This document shows positions 27,195 through 35,862 of a stretch of 64,000 nucleotides of DNA, one piece after another. A program made the position numbers and the translations under genes. Origin of the DNA: an uncultured bacterium (GTDB lineage: Bacteria > Verrucomicrobiota > Kiritimatiellia > RFP12 > UBA1067); the NCBI GenBank assembly GCA_902802945.1, contig CADCOC010000003.1:1089-65088 (forward strand). Direction: 5' to 3'. Under the pieces are notes generated by a model that ran no database searches, had not been told where the DNA came from, and worked only from the letters and a program-made list of their open reading frames with translations. Numbering within the stretch: position 1 is the first letter of the stretch; each line of letters begins with the position of its first letter.

Positions 27195-30076
27195 GATGCA
27201 TCCCCTCCCTTGCCCGACAAGGTCTGCTCAAGCGCAGCGGTCGTGATGGGCTTCAGCAGAATGCCGTCAAAGCCCATCTCGGCGGCCTTGTTGCGGATCT
27301 CCACGTCGGCTGTCACCACGAGAACGCGCAACGACGAGAGCGCCGAGTTCGCGCGGATGTCCTTCACAAGTCCCTCGCCGTCCAGGTTCGGCATCCACAT
27401 GTCCGTGAGGACGAGGTCATACGGCTTGGCGCCCGGCGCTTCCAGGACCTTCAGGGCCTCCTGCCCGTCCATCGCCAGCGTGGTCTCGTAGTTGCCGGCC
27501 TTCTTCAGAAGCGCCTTGAGGACCATGAGGTTCATCTTCGAGTCGTCGACTAGGAGGATGCGGTGAACCGGATGCGACGACGCGGCGGGGGGCTTGTCCG
27601 TGGTCTTGTCTGCGGTTTTGTCCGAGGCGGCGGGCGCGGGCGCCTCCGCCAGGACGGTCGCCCGGACGCCTGGAAGCACGATCTCGAAGGTGGAGCCTTT
27701 CCCGAGCGCGGACGTCACCTTCAGTTCGCCGCCCATGGCCTTCACGAGCTGGTTGCAGATGGCGAGGCCAAGCCCCGTGCCGCCGTTGCGCGCGAGCTTG
27801 GCGCCCACCTGCACGTATGCCGAGCAGATGCGCTTCTGGTCCTCTTCGGTGATGCCGCAGCCGGTATCCTCGACCGACAGGCGGAACACGCCCTTCTCGG
27901 CGTCCTTCAGGCGCACGTAGTTGGCGCGCAACGTCACATGGCCCTTCTCCGTGAACTTGACGGCGTTGCCGACGAGGTTGAACACGATCTGCCGCAGACG
28001 CTGCGGGTCGAGCATCAGCGCGGGCATCTCCCCGATTTCGCAGCGCAGTTCCAGCCCCGGTTTCTTGCCCGAGATGCGGAAGGCGTCCATGACGCCGCGC
28101 AGAAGACGCGGACATTCCGTGGGCTCCAGGGCGATCTGCATCTTTCCAGATTCGAGTTTCGAGAGGTCCAGTACGTCGTTGATGAGCCCCAGGAGAGTCC
28201 TGCCGCTCACGAGAATCGAGTCAAGCGCCTGCTCGCGCTCTGCTTCGGTCTCGAAGCCCGCCTTGAGCATCTCCGAAAAGCCGACGATGGCGTTGAGCGG
28301 CGTGCGGATGTCGTGGCTGACGGTGGAGAAGAAGTAGCTCTTCGACATGGTCTTCTCGTGCTCCAGACGTCGCTCGCGCCGACGCAGCATGGCGTAGAGG
28401 CTGAACATGATCGCAAGGGAAACGGCCATCAAGCCGGCCTGGACGAGGCCGACGTGGACGAGCGAGTTGTTAACGGAGTCCAGCTGGCTCGTCATGTTGG
28501 CGCCCCAGCCGTTGTCCCTGGCTTCTTTCGGGTCTGTAGCGCAGATCTGTTCATGGAAGAGGTTTATTTTGGAAAACGACTGCTTCGTGGTGTCGAACGT
28601 CGCCTGGCGCATCCACATGTGGGAAATGAAGAAGATCATCACCAGAAGGGCGATCCACACGATCGTCGAGTGCCCAAAGCGATGGTCCTGGTCGCGGCCG
28701 AAGAGGATTCGGTAGACGACGAATCCAAGAATGCACCACAGAACGAGGATGAGGTAGGATTCGGTCGCCATCATGCTGCCCGCGAAATAGTTCGGCAGGA
28801 TGAAGAGGATACAGATTCCACCCGAAAGCAGCAATCCGCTGATTCCCATTACCTTGCCGAGTCGGCTACCGGTGGCGCGCGCAGTCCGGAACACGGCGGC
28901 GGAGGTGTAGGCGTAGGCGATTGCGGCGCCAATGGTCGCGACGTCCACGATGAAGCCGATCGCCGTCCGCCCGAGGAAAGGAATCAGGAGCGACACGCCC
29001 GCGACAAAGATCACGGCGGCCGTCGGCGTGCCGTCTGCGCCCTTCGCGCCCAAGCGGGCGGGAAGGAGGCCGTCGTCGGCCATCGCGCCCAGAAGCCGGC
29101 TGGAGACCGTCATGTTGCCGACGAGGTTGGTGAAGATCGCCGCAAGGGCCGTTACGCCTATGACGGCGGTTCCGACACGGCCCAAGACCCGGGACGCCGC
29201 CGCGAACGTGGGCAGCGAAGGCGCGCCCACCTGTCCGTCGAGGTGCGCGACGCTGGCCGGCCAACCGCCGGCGTCCCCCGGTGCAAGCGCGGGAAGGACG
29301 ACAAGGAACGCGTATACGAACGCGGACGTCACGACCGCCGCGACCATCACCTGGAATGTCTTCCGACGCGAGAAGCGGAACTCGCCGGACAGGTTCGAGA
29401 TCGCCTCGAACCCCACATAGAACCAGGGGGCCAGCGCGACGATCTTGAGAACCTGCGAGACAGGCGCAGAGCCATCCGGTGCGAAGGCCGGCGCCGCCAC
29501 GCGCAGGTCGCCGCCGCAGTGGAACACGGCCGCCCCGAAGCAAACCGCGATGCCGAGCGCGAACAGGACGGCCAGGACGGTCTCCACGTAGCCCGCAAGG
29601 CACCGCCGGCAGTTGATGGCGGCGGCGACGAGGATTGCAGCTCCCGGAAGCAGGATGTCCCCGAGATAGACGTTATAGCCCGCAATGCTGTAACGGAAAC
29701 CAAAACGGAGTGCGTCGCCGAACAGGCAGCGCGCGACGATCGTGAGCGCCGTGGCGTTCGCCCAGACGATTGCCATGTAGGTCAAGCAGAGAAACCACGC
29801 GCAGAGGAAGCCGTGGTCGACGCCGAAGGCCTGGGAGGCAAACGCAAACGCGCCGCCGGGTCCGGGATAGCGGCGGGTCATGTAATGGTAGTTCCAGGCG
29901 ATGACGGCCATGATCGCGGCGCCGACGAACACGCCGATCGTCGTTCCGAGCGGTCCGGCCTTCGGCAGGAACATGGTTCCGGGCATGACGAGCGAGCCCC
30001 AGCCGACGGCCGTTCCAAACGCAAACGCCCAGGCGCCAAGCCTCGAGAGATGTCGTGAAGACGTCGCCTGCTTCAT
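27191..30076 (-). CDS. APC-superfamily permease domain fused to hybrid sensor histidine kinase (paralog of the downstream gene)
   Basis: Same architecture as the adjacent gene: LSRLGAWAFAFGTAVGWGSLVMP...GPGGAFAFA; FFSTVSHDIRTPLNAIVGF; FNLVGNAVKFT; EDTGCGIT; GGTGLGLAI; LLVDDSKMN...LVLTDMWMPNLDG. Its stop overlaps the next start by 4 nt (ATGA). Confidence 0.8.
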   Translation of the reverse strand: MKQATSSRHLSRLGAWAFAFGTAVGWGSLVMPGTMFLPKAGPLGTTIGVFVGAAIMAVIAWNYHYMTRRYPGPGGAFAFASQAFGVDHGFLCAWFLCLTYMAIVWANATALTIVARCLFGDALRFGFRYSIAGYNVYLGDILLPGAAILVAAAINCRRCLAGYVETVLAVLFALGIAVCFGAAVFHCGGDLRVAAPAFAPDGSAPVSQVLKIVALAPWFYVGFEAISNLSGEFRFSRRKTFQVMVAAVVTSAFVYAFLVVLPALAPGDAGGWPASVAHLDGQVGAPSLPTFAAASRVLGRVGTAVIGVTALAAIFTNLVGNMTVSSRLLGAMADDGLLPARLGAKGADGTPTAAVIFVAGVSLLIPFLGRTAIGFIVDVATIGAAIAYAYTSAAVFRTARATGSRLGKVMGISGLLLSGGICILFILPNYFAGSMMATESYLILVLWCILGFVVYRILFGRDQDHRFGHSTIVWIALLVMIFFISHMWMRQATFDTTKQSFSKINLFHEQICATDPKEARDNGWGANMTSQLDSVNNSLVHVGLVQAGLMAVSLAIMFSLYAMLRRRERRLEHEKTMSKSYFFSTVSHDIRTPLNAIVGFSEMLKAGFETEAEREQALDSILVSGRTLLGLINDVLDLSKLESGKMQIALEPTECPRLLRGVMDAFRISGKKPGLELRCEIGEMPALMLDPQRLRQIVFNLVGNAVKFTEKGHVTLRANYVRLKDAEKGVFRLSVEDTGCGITEEDQKRICSAYVQVGAKLARNGGTGLGLAICNQLVKAMGGELKVTSALGKGSTFEIVLPGVRATVLAEAPAPAASDKTADKTTDKPPAASSHPVHRILLVDDSKMNLMVLKALLKKAGNYETTLAMDGQEALKVLEAPGAKPYDLVLTDMWMPNLDGEGLVKDIRANSALSSLRVLVVTADVEIRNKAAEMGFDGILLKPITTAALEQTLSGKGGDAS

Positions 30077-30098
30077 TTGTACCCTCCCATGAGCAGTT

Positions 30099-33000
30099 TC
30101 ATTCTATTCCGAACAGGGCCCTCAACTTTGCAGCCGTCACCGGCTTGGAAATTACCTTCGCGAACAGGCTCATGTCGTACGACGAGCCTATGTCGACGTC
30201 GGCGGTCACCGCGACTACGGGAATCTCCGCGAGCCGCCTTTCCTTCCGCATCATCTCCGCGAGCTGCGTGCCGTCCATTCTCGGCATCCACATGTCGGTC
30301 AGCACGATGTCCGGCACCCACTCGTCCATGACCGCCAGGGCGGCCTCGCCGTTTATCGCATAGCGTATGTCCTTGATCTTCAGGTTCGCGAGGTGGATGC
30401 CGAGGATCTTGCGGTTCATCGCCATGTCGTCCACGACGAGGACGCGGTCCGGCAGCACCTCGCGGATCGCCTGCTCCGCGGCGCGCGGAGCCATGGAGAT
30501 GTTCTGCACCAGCTCGAGGTTGGGGATGTCGATGAAAAACGTCGTGCCCCTGCCGAGTTCGCTCTCCGCCCGGATCGTGCCGCCTGCGCCGTCCACCATG
30601 CGCTTCACGATCGGGAGGCCGAGTCCTGTGCCCTTGATCTCGCCGGCGCTGGCCTGCATCCGGCTCGCGATGTCCTGTATGAACGGATCGAAGAGTTTTT
30701 CCATCTTGTCCTTCGAGATTCCGCAGCCCGTGTCGCTGATCTCGATGTGAAAGGTCCTCGTCGCGCCGTTCCACCTCACTTTGACGACTATCTCGCCGCG
30801 GTCCGTGAACTTGGACGCGTTCCCCACGAGGTTAATGAGTATCTGGCGCATTCCCTGCTGCGCGAGCACGACGATTGGAAGCTCTTCCGGCGGCGGCGCG
30901 TCGATCCGGAGCTTGACGCCGTGGCGTCGCACGCGGTAGCCGAAGATCGCCGGAAGCTCCCGCAGGAGCTGGTCGATGTCGCATGCGCCCGAGCGCATCT
31001 TCATCGCGCCAGCCTCGAGCTTGGAGAGGTCGAGGATGTCGTTGATGAGGTCCAGCAGGGCGTTCGCGCTCAGGAGCATGCCGTCGGTGTACTCCCCGCG
31101 GAGCTTCTCGTCCAGGTCCTTCTGCGTCATGAACTCGGCGAAGCCGATGACGGCGTTGAGCGGCGTCCTCAGCTCGTGCGACATCATCGCGAGGAAGCGC
31201 GTCTTCGCCTGCGCGTGGTCCTCGGCCACTTCGGCGGCCTTGTTGGCTCGCCTCGTCTGGCGGACGAGCATGGTGATCATCACGGAGCCGAACAGGACGA
31301 CCAGTACCAGGATGACCGAGGCCACGACCGCTATGGTGTGCGTAAGCTCGTCCTTCGTCATGCCGAACAGGCGGTGTACCACTTGGCGCTCGGCCACGTC
31401 TGCCATGAACATCTCCTGCAGATGCGTCTGGTCTATGCCCGTCATGACCTTGTTCAGAATCGACACGAGCTCCTGCGGCACGCTGGGCCGTGCGAACAAC
31501 TCGAACTCCTGATACAGGTCTTCTGCGCCGAGATCCTGTGCGGCGGATTGCGGCACGGGGACCGCGAACACCGACGTCGCGCCGTACGTGGCGGCGGACG
31601 CCTTTGCGGGATAGGGGACCCAGAGGTCCGTGTCGCCTCGGAGGAACTTTGCCTCTGCGGTCGTGATGTCTGTCTGCGGCGCGAGTTTTATCGTGAGGCC
31701 GGTCCGCGCGCTGATCTCGTCCAAGAGGTTGCCCACTAAGCCCGTCAGATTGCCCTGCTTGTCCACGAGGGGGAAGGGCCAGGGCGAGAAGTCGATGACG
31801 ACCGGCGAGGTGTTCAACTGACGGCGCGCGAGCCAGTTGCTCTCCGCCAGGGAGAGCGCGGCCATGTCGCTGTGCCTGCCGTAGTGGCGCTCGCTGATCA
31901 TGCGGAGGTACTTGGGGAAGTCGTCGCAAATGCTGTCCAGCGCATTCTCCAGCTCCTCGAAAAGGTCCTTGCGCTGAAGCGACGTGCAGATGTACATCGG
32001 ATGCGACGCATAGAGGTGGAGAGCCTTCTCGTTCATCAGCTCCGGCATCTCGACGTCCACGCATGCGTCAACGGTCCCCTTGGCGTATGCGGTGAGCATT
32101 TCGCGGTCGGACGAGAACTCCACGCAGGAGATGCTCGGTTCGTTGGCGAACTGGCGGCGGGCGCGCTGCGCGCTGATCGAGCTGGCGAGTAGGCCGACCT
32201 TCATCCCGTGCCAGGTCTTCGGGTCGCCGGGCTTGTACGGGCTGTCCGGCTTGGCCCAGAGGTAGACGCGGAGCATCCCCATGGGCGTGTGCGGATAGCG
32301 GAAGGTGTCGCGGCGCTGCGGCGTGAAGCCCACGCCGCCCACGACGTCCAGCCGGCCGCTCTGAACGTCCGCGATGCTCTGGTCGTAGTCGCCATAGACG
32401 TAGTCAAGGTTCCAGTGGGTGTGGCCGACGATGGACTTCATCCACATTTCGAGCGCGCCCGACCGCTCGCCGTCTGGCGACACCTCGAAAAGGTCGCCGC
32501 GGCTGTACGCCGCCACGCGCACGCGCCTGCCCGGCTTCGGGACGCCGAGGAACTTCTCCCTCAGGGCGTCGTACCTGTCGATGTTGTTGATGTAGCATTC
32601 GCGGTAAGCCCTTTCGAGCTTCTTCAGGAGCTGCGGGTTCCTCTTGCTGACGGCGAAGTACACGTTGCGCGAGCCGATCGGCACGACCTCCACTACCCCC
32701 TCCGGGCGCTTGCCGAACGGCGTGTAGAGGAAGAGCGCGTCGATCTCGCCGTCGTGCAGGGCCTTCACCGCGCCGGCGCTGGTGGGAATTTCCACGTAAG
32801 TCGGCGACAGGCGGGCGTGCTCGAAGTACTTCACGCGGTCGTCGTTGGAAATCTGCCCCTGCGACACGGGCGAGTAGCCGATGCGCATTCGCGGCCATTC
32901 CGTGATCTTCGTGGACATCAGCTCCATCGCGCGCGACGGCGTGGCGTACAGCGCGAAGTGCATCAGCCCAAGGGGCTGGACGGGGAAGTCGAAGTCCTGC

Positions 33001-33314
33001 AGCAGTTTGCTCGTGCGGAACGCGGAGCATATCACGTCGGCTGTTGCCGCGTCCATCATGTGGTCCTTGCCGAACTCGAGGCGGACGGTCTCCACGCCGG
33101 CCGTCTTGAACACGTCGGACATCACCGCAGTGCAGAAGTCGTTGTCAGCCTTCGCCCAGAAGTCGAGTTCGGGGTCGCGCTCGCAGTCCGCGACCCTGAC
33201 GCTTTCGGCATTCGCCGAAAGCGAATGTAAAATGAAAAGTGTAAAGTGTAAAATGAAAAGTGTAAAGCGTAAAAGGGTGGCGCGGGCCGACTTTACACTC
33301 TCAAAACTTGCCAT
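30099..33314 (-). CDS. BvgS/EvgS-like hybrid sensor kinase with tandem periplasmic solute-binding (SBP family 3-like) domains, HisKA-HATPase-REC, no Hpt
   Basis: Signal/anchor sequence, followed by at least two SBP_bac_3-like segments (VRVAAYSRGDLFEV...GRLDVVGGVGFTPQRRDTFRY; VVIDFSPWPFPLVDKQGNLTGLVGNLLDEISARTGL). Then a TM helix (IAVVASVILVLVVLFGSVMITML); H-box FLAMMSHELRTPLNAVIGF; INLVGNASKFT; SDTGCGIS; GTGLGLPI; REC VLVVDDMAMN...IVLTDMWMPRMDG. Confidence 0.8.
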   Translation of the reverse strand: MASFESVKSARATLLRFTLFILHFTLFILHSLSANAESVRVADCERDPELDFWAKADNDFCTAVMSDVFKTAGVETVRLEFGKDHMMDAATADVICSAFRTSKLLQDFDFPVQPLGLMHFALYATPSRAMELMSTKITEWPRMRIGYSPVSQGQISNDDRVKYFEHARLSPTYVEIPTSAGAVKALHDGEIDALFLYTPFGKRPEGVVEVVPIGSRNVYFAVSKRNPQLLKKLERAYRECYINNIDRYDALREKFLGVPKPGRRVRVAAYSRGDLFEVSPDGERSGALEMWMKSIVGHTHWNLDYVYGDYDQSIADVQSGRLDVVGGVGFTPQRRDTFRYPHTPMGMLRVYLWAKPDSPYKPGDPKTWHGMKVGLLASSISAQRARRQFANEPSISCVEFSSDREMLTAYAKGTVDACVDVEMPELMNEKALHLYASHPMYICTSLQRKDLFEELENALDSICDDFPKYLRMISERHYGRHSDMAALSLAESNWLARRQLNTSPVVIDFSPWPFPLVDKQGNLTGLVGNLLDEISARTGLTIKLAPQTDITTAEAKFLRGDTDLWVPYPAKASAATYGATSVFAVPVPQSAAQDLGAEDLYQEFELFARPSVPQELVSILNKVMTGIDQTHLQEMFMADVAERQVVHRLFGMTKDELTHTIAVVASVILVLVVLFGSVMITMLVRQTRRANKAAEVAEDHAQAKTRFLAMMSHELRTPLNAVIGFAEFMTQKDLDEKLRGEYTDGMLLSANALLDLINDILDLSKLEAGAMKMRSGACDIDQLLRELPAIFGYRVRRHGVKLRIDAPPPEELPIVVLAQQGMRQILINLVGNASKFTDRGEIVVKVRWNGATRTFHIEISDTGCGISKDKMEKLFDPFIQDIASRMQASAGEIKGTGLGLPIVKRMVDGAGGTIRAESELGRGTTFFIDIPNLELVQNISMAPRAAEQAIREVLPDRVLVVDDMAMNRKILGIHLANLKIKDIRYAINGEAALAVMDEWVPDIVLTDMWMPRMDGTQLAEMMRKERRLAEIPVVAVTADVDIGSSYDMSLFAKVISKPVTAAKLRALFGIE

Positions 33315-33327
33315 GGCTACATCGCCT

Positions 33328-33636
33328 TTAGAGCTGTTCCGCGAGCGCCTTCATGTCCGCGATGAGCTGTGCCGCCTGGCCGCGATCCTGCGACTTGGCG
33401 GCGCTGCGGAGCGCAATGGCAGCATCGGCCATCTGCTGGTCGCCGGCGGCGAGCGAGTTGCCCTTGACGGTGTGCGCCACCTTGTCCAGCGTGTCCCACG
33501 CGCTTGTGGCCAGCGCCGCGTCGGCCTCGGCCGTCTTGGCACCGACGGAGGAGACGTACTCGGCGTAGATCGCGTCCACGACCTCCGCGTCGTCCCCGAA
33601 CTGTTCGTTCAGGTATTTTTTGCAGCATTCCTTCAT
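33328..33636 (-). CDS. stand-alone histidine phosphotransfer (Hpt) protein
   Basis: 102 aa, helical, with the Hpt signature HTVKGNSLAAG. It lies 13 nt upstream of the BvgS-like kinase gene on the same strand. Confidence 0.75.
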   Translation of the reverse strand: MKECCKKYLNEQFGDDAEVVDAIYAEYVSSVGAKTAEADAALATSAWDTLDKVAHTVKGNSLAAGDQQMADAAIALRSAAKSQDRGQAAQLIADMKALAEQL

Positions 33637-33905
33637 GGTTTACTCCTTTTCCGTATAATTGCCCAACTTGATATGGTCTCTACAGGTTTTTACCGTTGCT
33701 CTAATCTTACGGGCGGATATAATACCATATTCGAGCATTTACTGTAAAGCGGGAAGATGTGAAATTCGTAACTGCTTTTTCTGGATTACGGCTTGTTTCC
33801 CGCCAGATGGCGTGGTAAAATATACGTTGGTTTTCAACCAGAAAAAAGGTGCGGTAGCAATGAATCAGTAAGAAATTGGAAGGAGTCCGTCTGAACGGTA
33901 CGTCC
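33637..33905. promoter_or_regulatory. AT-rich divergent promoter region between the Hpt operon (-) and the 7TM kinase/T3SS genes (+)
   Basis: Clear local drop in GC. A sigma70-like candidate on the + strand: TTGCTC (33696-33701), 16-nt spacer, TATAAT (33718-33723). A second TATAAT is at 33654-33659. No experimental support. Confidence 0.35.
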
Positions 33906-35729
33906 ATGCACAACCATTTCTACTACTATTTCTATTCAATCGTGTCAGGTATCGCGCTGTGCGTTCACCTGATAATCAACTGGCATCAGCTTGTCAATAG
34001 GCCAAGCGACAAGGCGCATGTCGGTGCGCTTGAGTTCAGGCATTTCCTCGTCTATCTGTCGGTCTTCTTCGTCACAGACGTCCTATGGGGCGTGTTCGCT
34101 GCGTTTAAATGGCCGCGCGTCCTATACGCCGATACGTTCGTGTTCTTCGTCGCCATGGCGCTTTCCGTTCTTACGTGGACGCGCTTCGCGGCCACGTACC
34201 TGGAACTGGAAGGCAAGGCGCGTGCGTACCTGTTGTGGTCGGGGCGCGGAATGATGGCGTTCTTCATCGCCGCACTTCTGATGAACGGTTTCACCGGCAT
34301 TTTCTTCACGATCGACTCTCAGTGCGTATACACCGCCGGGCCGTTGCGCCAGCTGGCGTTCTCGCTGCTGGCCGCGTTCAACGCGATCGCCTCCGCGATG
34401 ACGCTGCACAAGGTGTTTCGCACGGAGGGCAAGACGCGCCGGCACAACAAGATGGTGTTCGCATTCGGAGTCTCGATGACGGCGGCGATCCTGATCCAGC
34501 TCTGCGACCCGCTGATTCCGTTCTACTCGATCGGGTGTCTCTTCGGGTGCTGCTTCCTGCACGTGTTCGTGGTCGAGGACGAACGCGACGAGATGCACCG
34601 GCAGGAGCTGCTCGCGCGCAGCTACGAGGCGCAGCTCGAAGCCGAGCGCACGGCGACTCAGGCAAAGAGCCTATTCTTCTCAAGCGTTTCGCACGACATC
34701 CGCACGCCGCTCAACGCCATCATCGGCTTTTCTGAACTGCTCGAAAGGGGCGTGGGGGACGAGGACGAGCGCTCGCGCTGCATTTCATCCATCCGCTCCA
34801 GCGGAAAGGTCCTCTTGCGGCTCGTGGACGACATCCTCGACCTTTCGAAGCTGGAAAGCCGGAAGCTGGAGATCGTCGAGGAGCCGACCGACATTCCGAC
34901 GCTCGCCCGCGAAATCATTGCGGCATGCGAAGTCGCACGTCAGCGCAAGTCGCTGGCACTGAAAACCGAAATCGGGGAAATGCCGTGGGTCAGCGTGGAT
35001 CCGCAGCGCATCCGCCAGATCCTCTTCAACCTTCTGTCGAACGCTTACAAGTACACGGACCACGGCACGATCACGGTTCGCGCCCTCTGGCAGGACGGCA
35101 CGCTGTCGCTCTCGGTGGCGGACACGGGCAAGGGCATATCGGAGGAGGACATCGCCCGCATCCTCCAGCCGTTTGTACAGCTGGCCGACAGGAACCACCG
35201 CGACGGCACGGGACTCGGTCTGCCTATATGCCAGAGACTCGCCGCGCTCATGGGCGGGAAACTGGAGATCGCCTCAAAGGTCGGCGAGGGCTCGACATTC
35301 ACGGTCACCATCCCCAACGTCAAAACAGTCGCTCCACCGGCAAAACATTTGGAGGATTGTGCGCATTTGGGGCATACCCCGTCCCGCGTCCTCGTCGTGG
35401 ACGACTCCCCCGTCAACCGCGCGGTGCTCAAGGCCATGCTGGCGAAAAGCGGCGTGGCCGAGGTCGTGATGGCGCAGAACGGACGCGAGGCCCTTGCTGT
35501 GCTGGAGGGCAATGGCAATTTCGACATCGTGCTTTCGGACCTCTGGATGCCGGAGATGGACGGCTACGGACTGGTGAACGCCATCCGCGCCGACGCAAGG
35601 TTCTCGCGCCTCCCGGTCTATCTCCTCACCGCCGACGTCGAGGCGCGCGGCCAGCCCGAAGCAAGCGGTTTCACGGGAATCCTCCTCAAGCCAATAACAC
35701 TTGAAAAGCTACAGGAGCTGTTCGCATGA
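33906..35729 (+). CDS. 7TM-receptor-type hybrid sensor histidine kinase (HisKA-HATPase-REC)
   Basis: Seven hydrophobic helices in the first ~230 aa and no large extracytoplasmic domain. H-box FFSSVSHDIRTPLNAIIGF; FNLLSNAYKYT; ADTGKGIS; GTGLGLPI; REC VLVVDDSPVN...IVLSDLWMPEMDG...LLKPI. ATG 33906 is preferred over the TTG at 33876 (RBS GGAAGGAG at 33878-33885). Confidence 0.8.
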   Translation: MHNHFYYYFYSIVSGIALCVHLIINWHQLVNRPSDKAHVGALEFRHFLVYLSVFFVTDVLWGVFAAFKWPRVLYADTFVFFVAMALSVLTWTRFAATYLELEGKARAYLLWSGRGMMAFFIAALLMNGFTGIFFTIDSQCVYTAGPLRQLAFSLLAAFNAIASAMTLHKVFRTEGKTRRHNKMVFAFGVSMTAAILIQLCDPLIPFYSIGCLFGCCFLHVFVVEDERDEMHRQELLARSYEAQLEAERTATQAKSLFFSSVSHDIRTPLNAIIGFSELLERGVGDEDERSRCISSIRSSGKVLLRLVDDILDLSKLESRKLEIVEEPTDIPTLAREIIAACEVARQRKSLALKTEIGEMPWVSVDPQRIRQILFNLLSNAYKYTDHGTITVRALWQDGTLSLSVADTGKGISEEDIARILQPFVQLADRNHRDGTGLGLPICQRLAALMGGKLEIASKVGEGSTFTVTIPNVKTVAPPAKHLEDCAHLGHTPSRVLVVDDSPVNRAVLKAMLAKSGVAEVVMAQNGREALAVLEGNGNFDIVLSDLWMPEMDGYGLVNAIRADARFSRLPVYLLTADVEARGQPEASGFTGILLKPITLEKLQELFA

Positions 35730-35862
35730 TGCTATCCGGTAAAAATCTTCCCAGATTCGCGCAATTACGCTTGAAAATAATTTTGGAAAAAATTTTGTAA
35801 CCTTGTCTTGGGTGGTGCGTATACGGGGCAACCAAACAACTTTTCAAAGAAGGAGCAACAAA

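Noticed and set aside
35784-35798. Sigma54-type -24/-12 promoter (TGG-N8-TTGT) upstream of the first translocon gene.
   Set aside because: Only the TGG and TTG triplets match. The -12 GC is TT/GT and the region is generally AT-rich. The match is too weak to call without a mapped 5' end or an EBP binding site.
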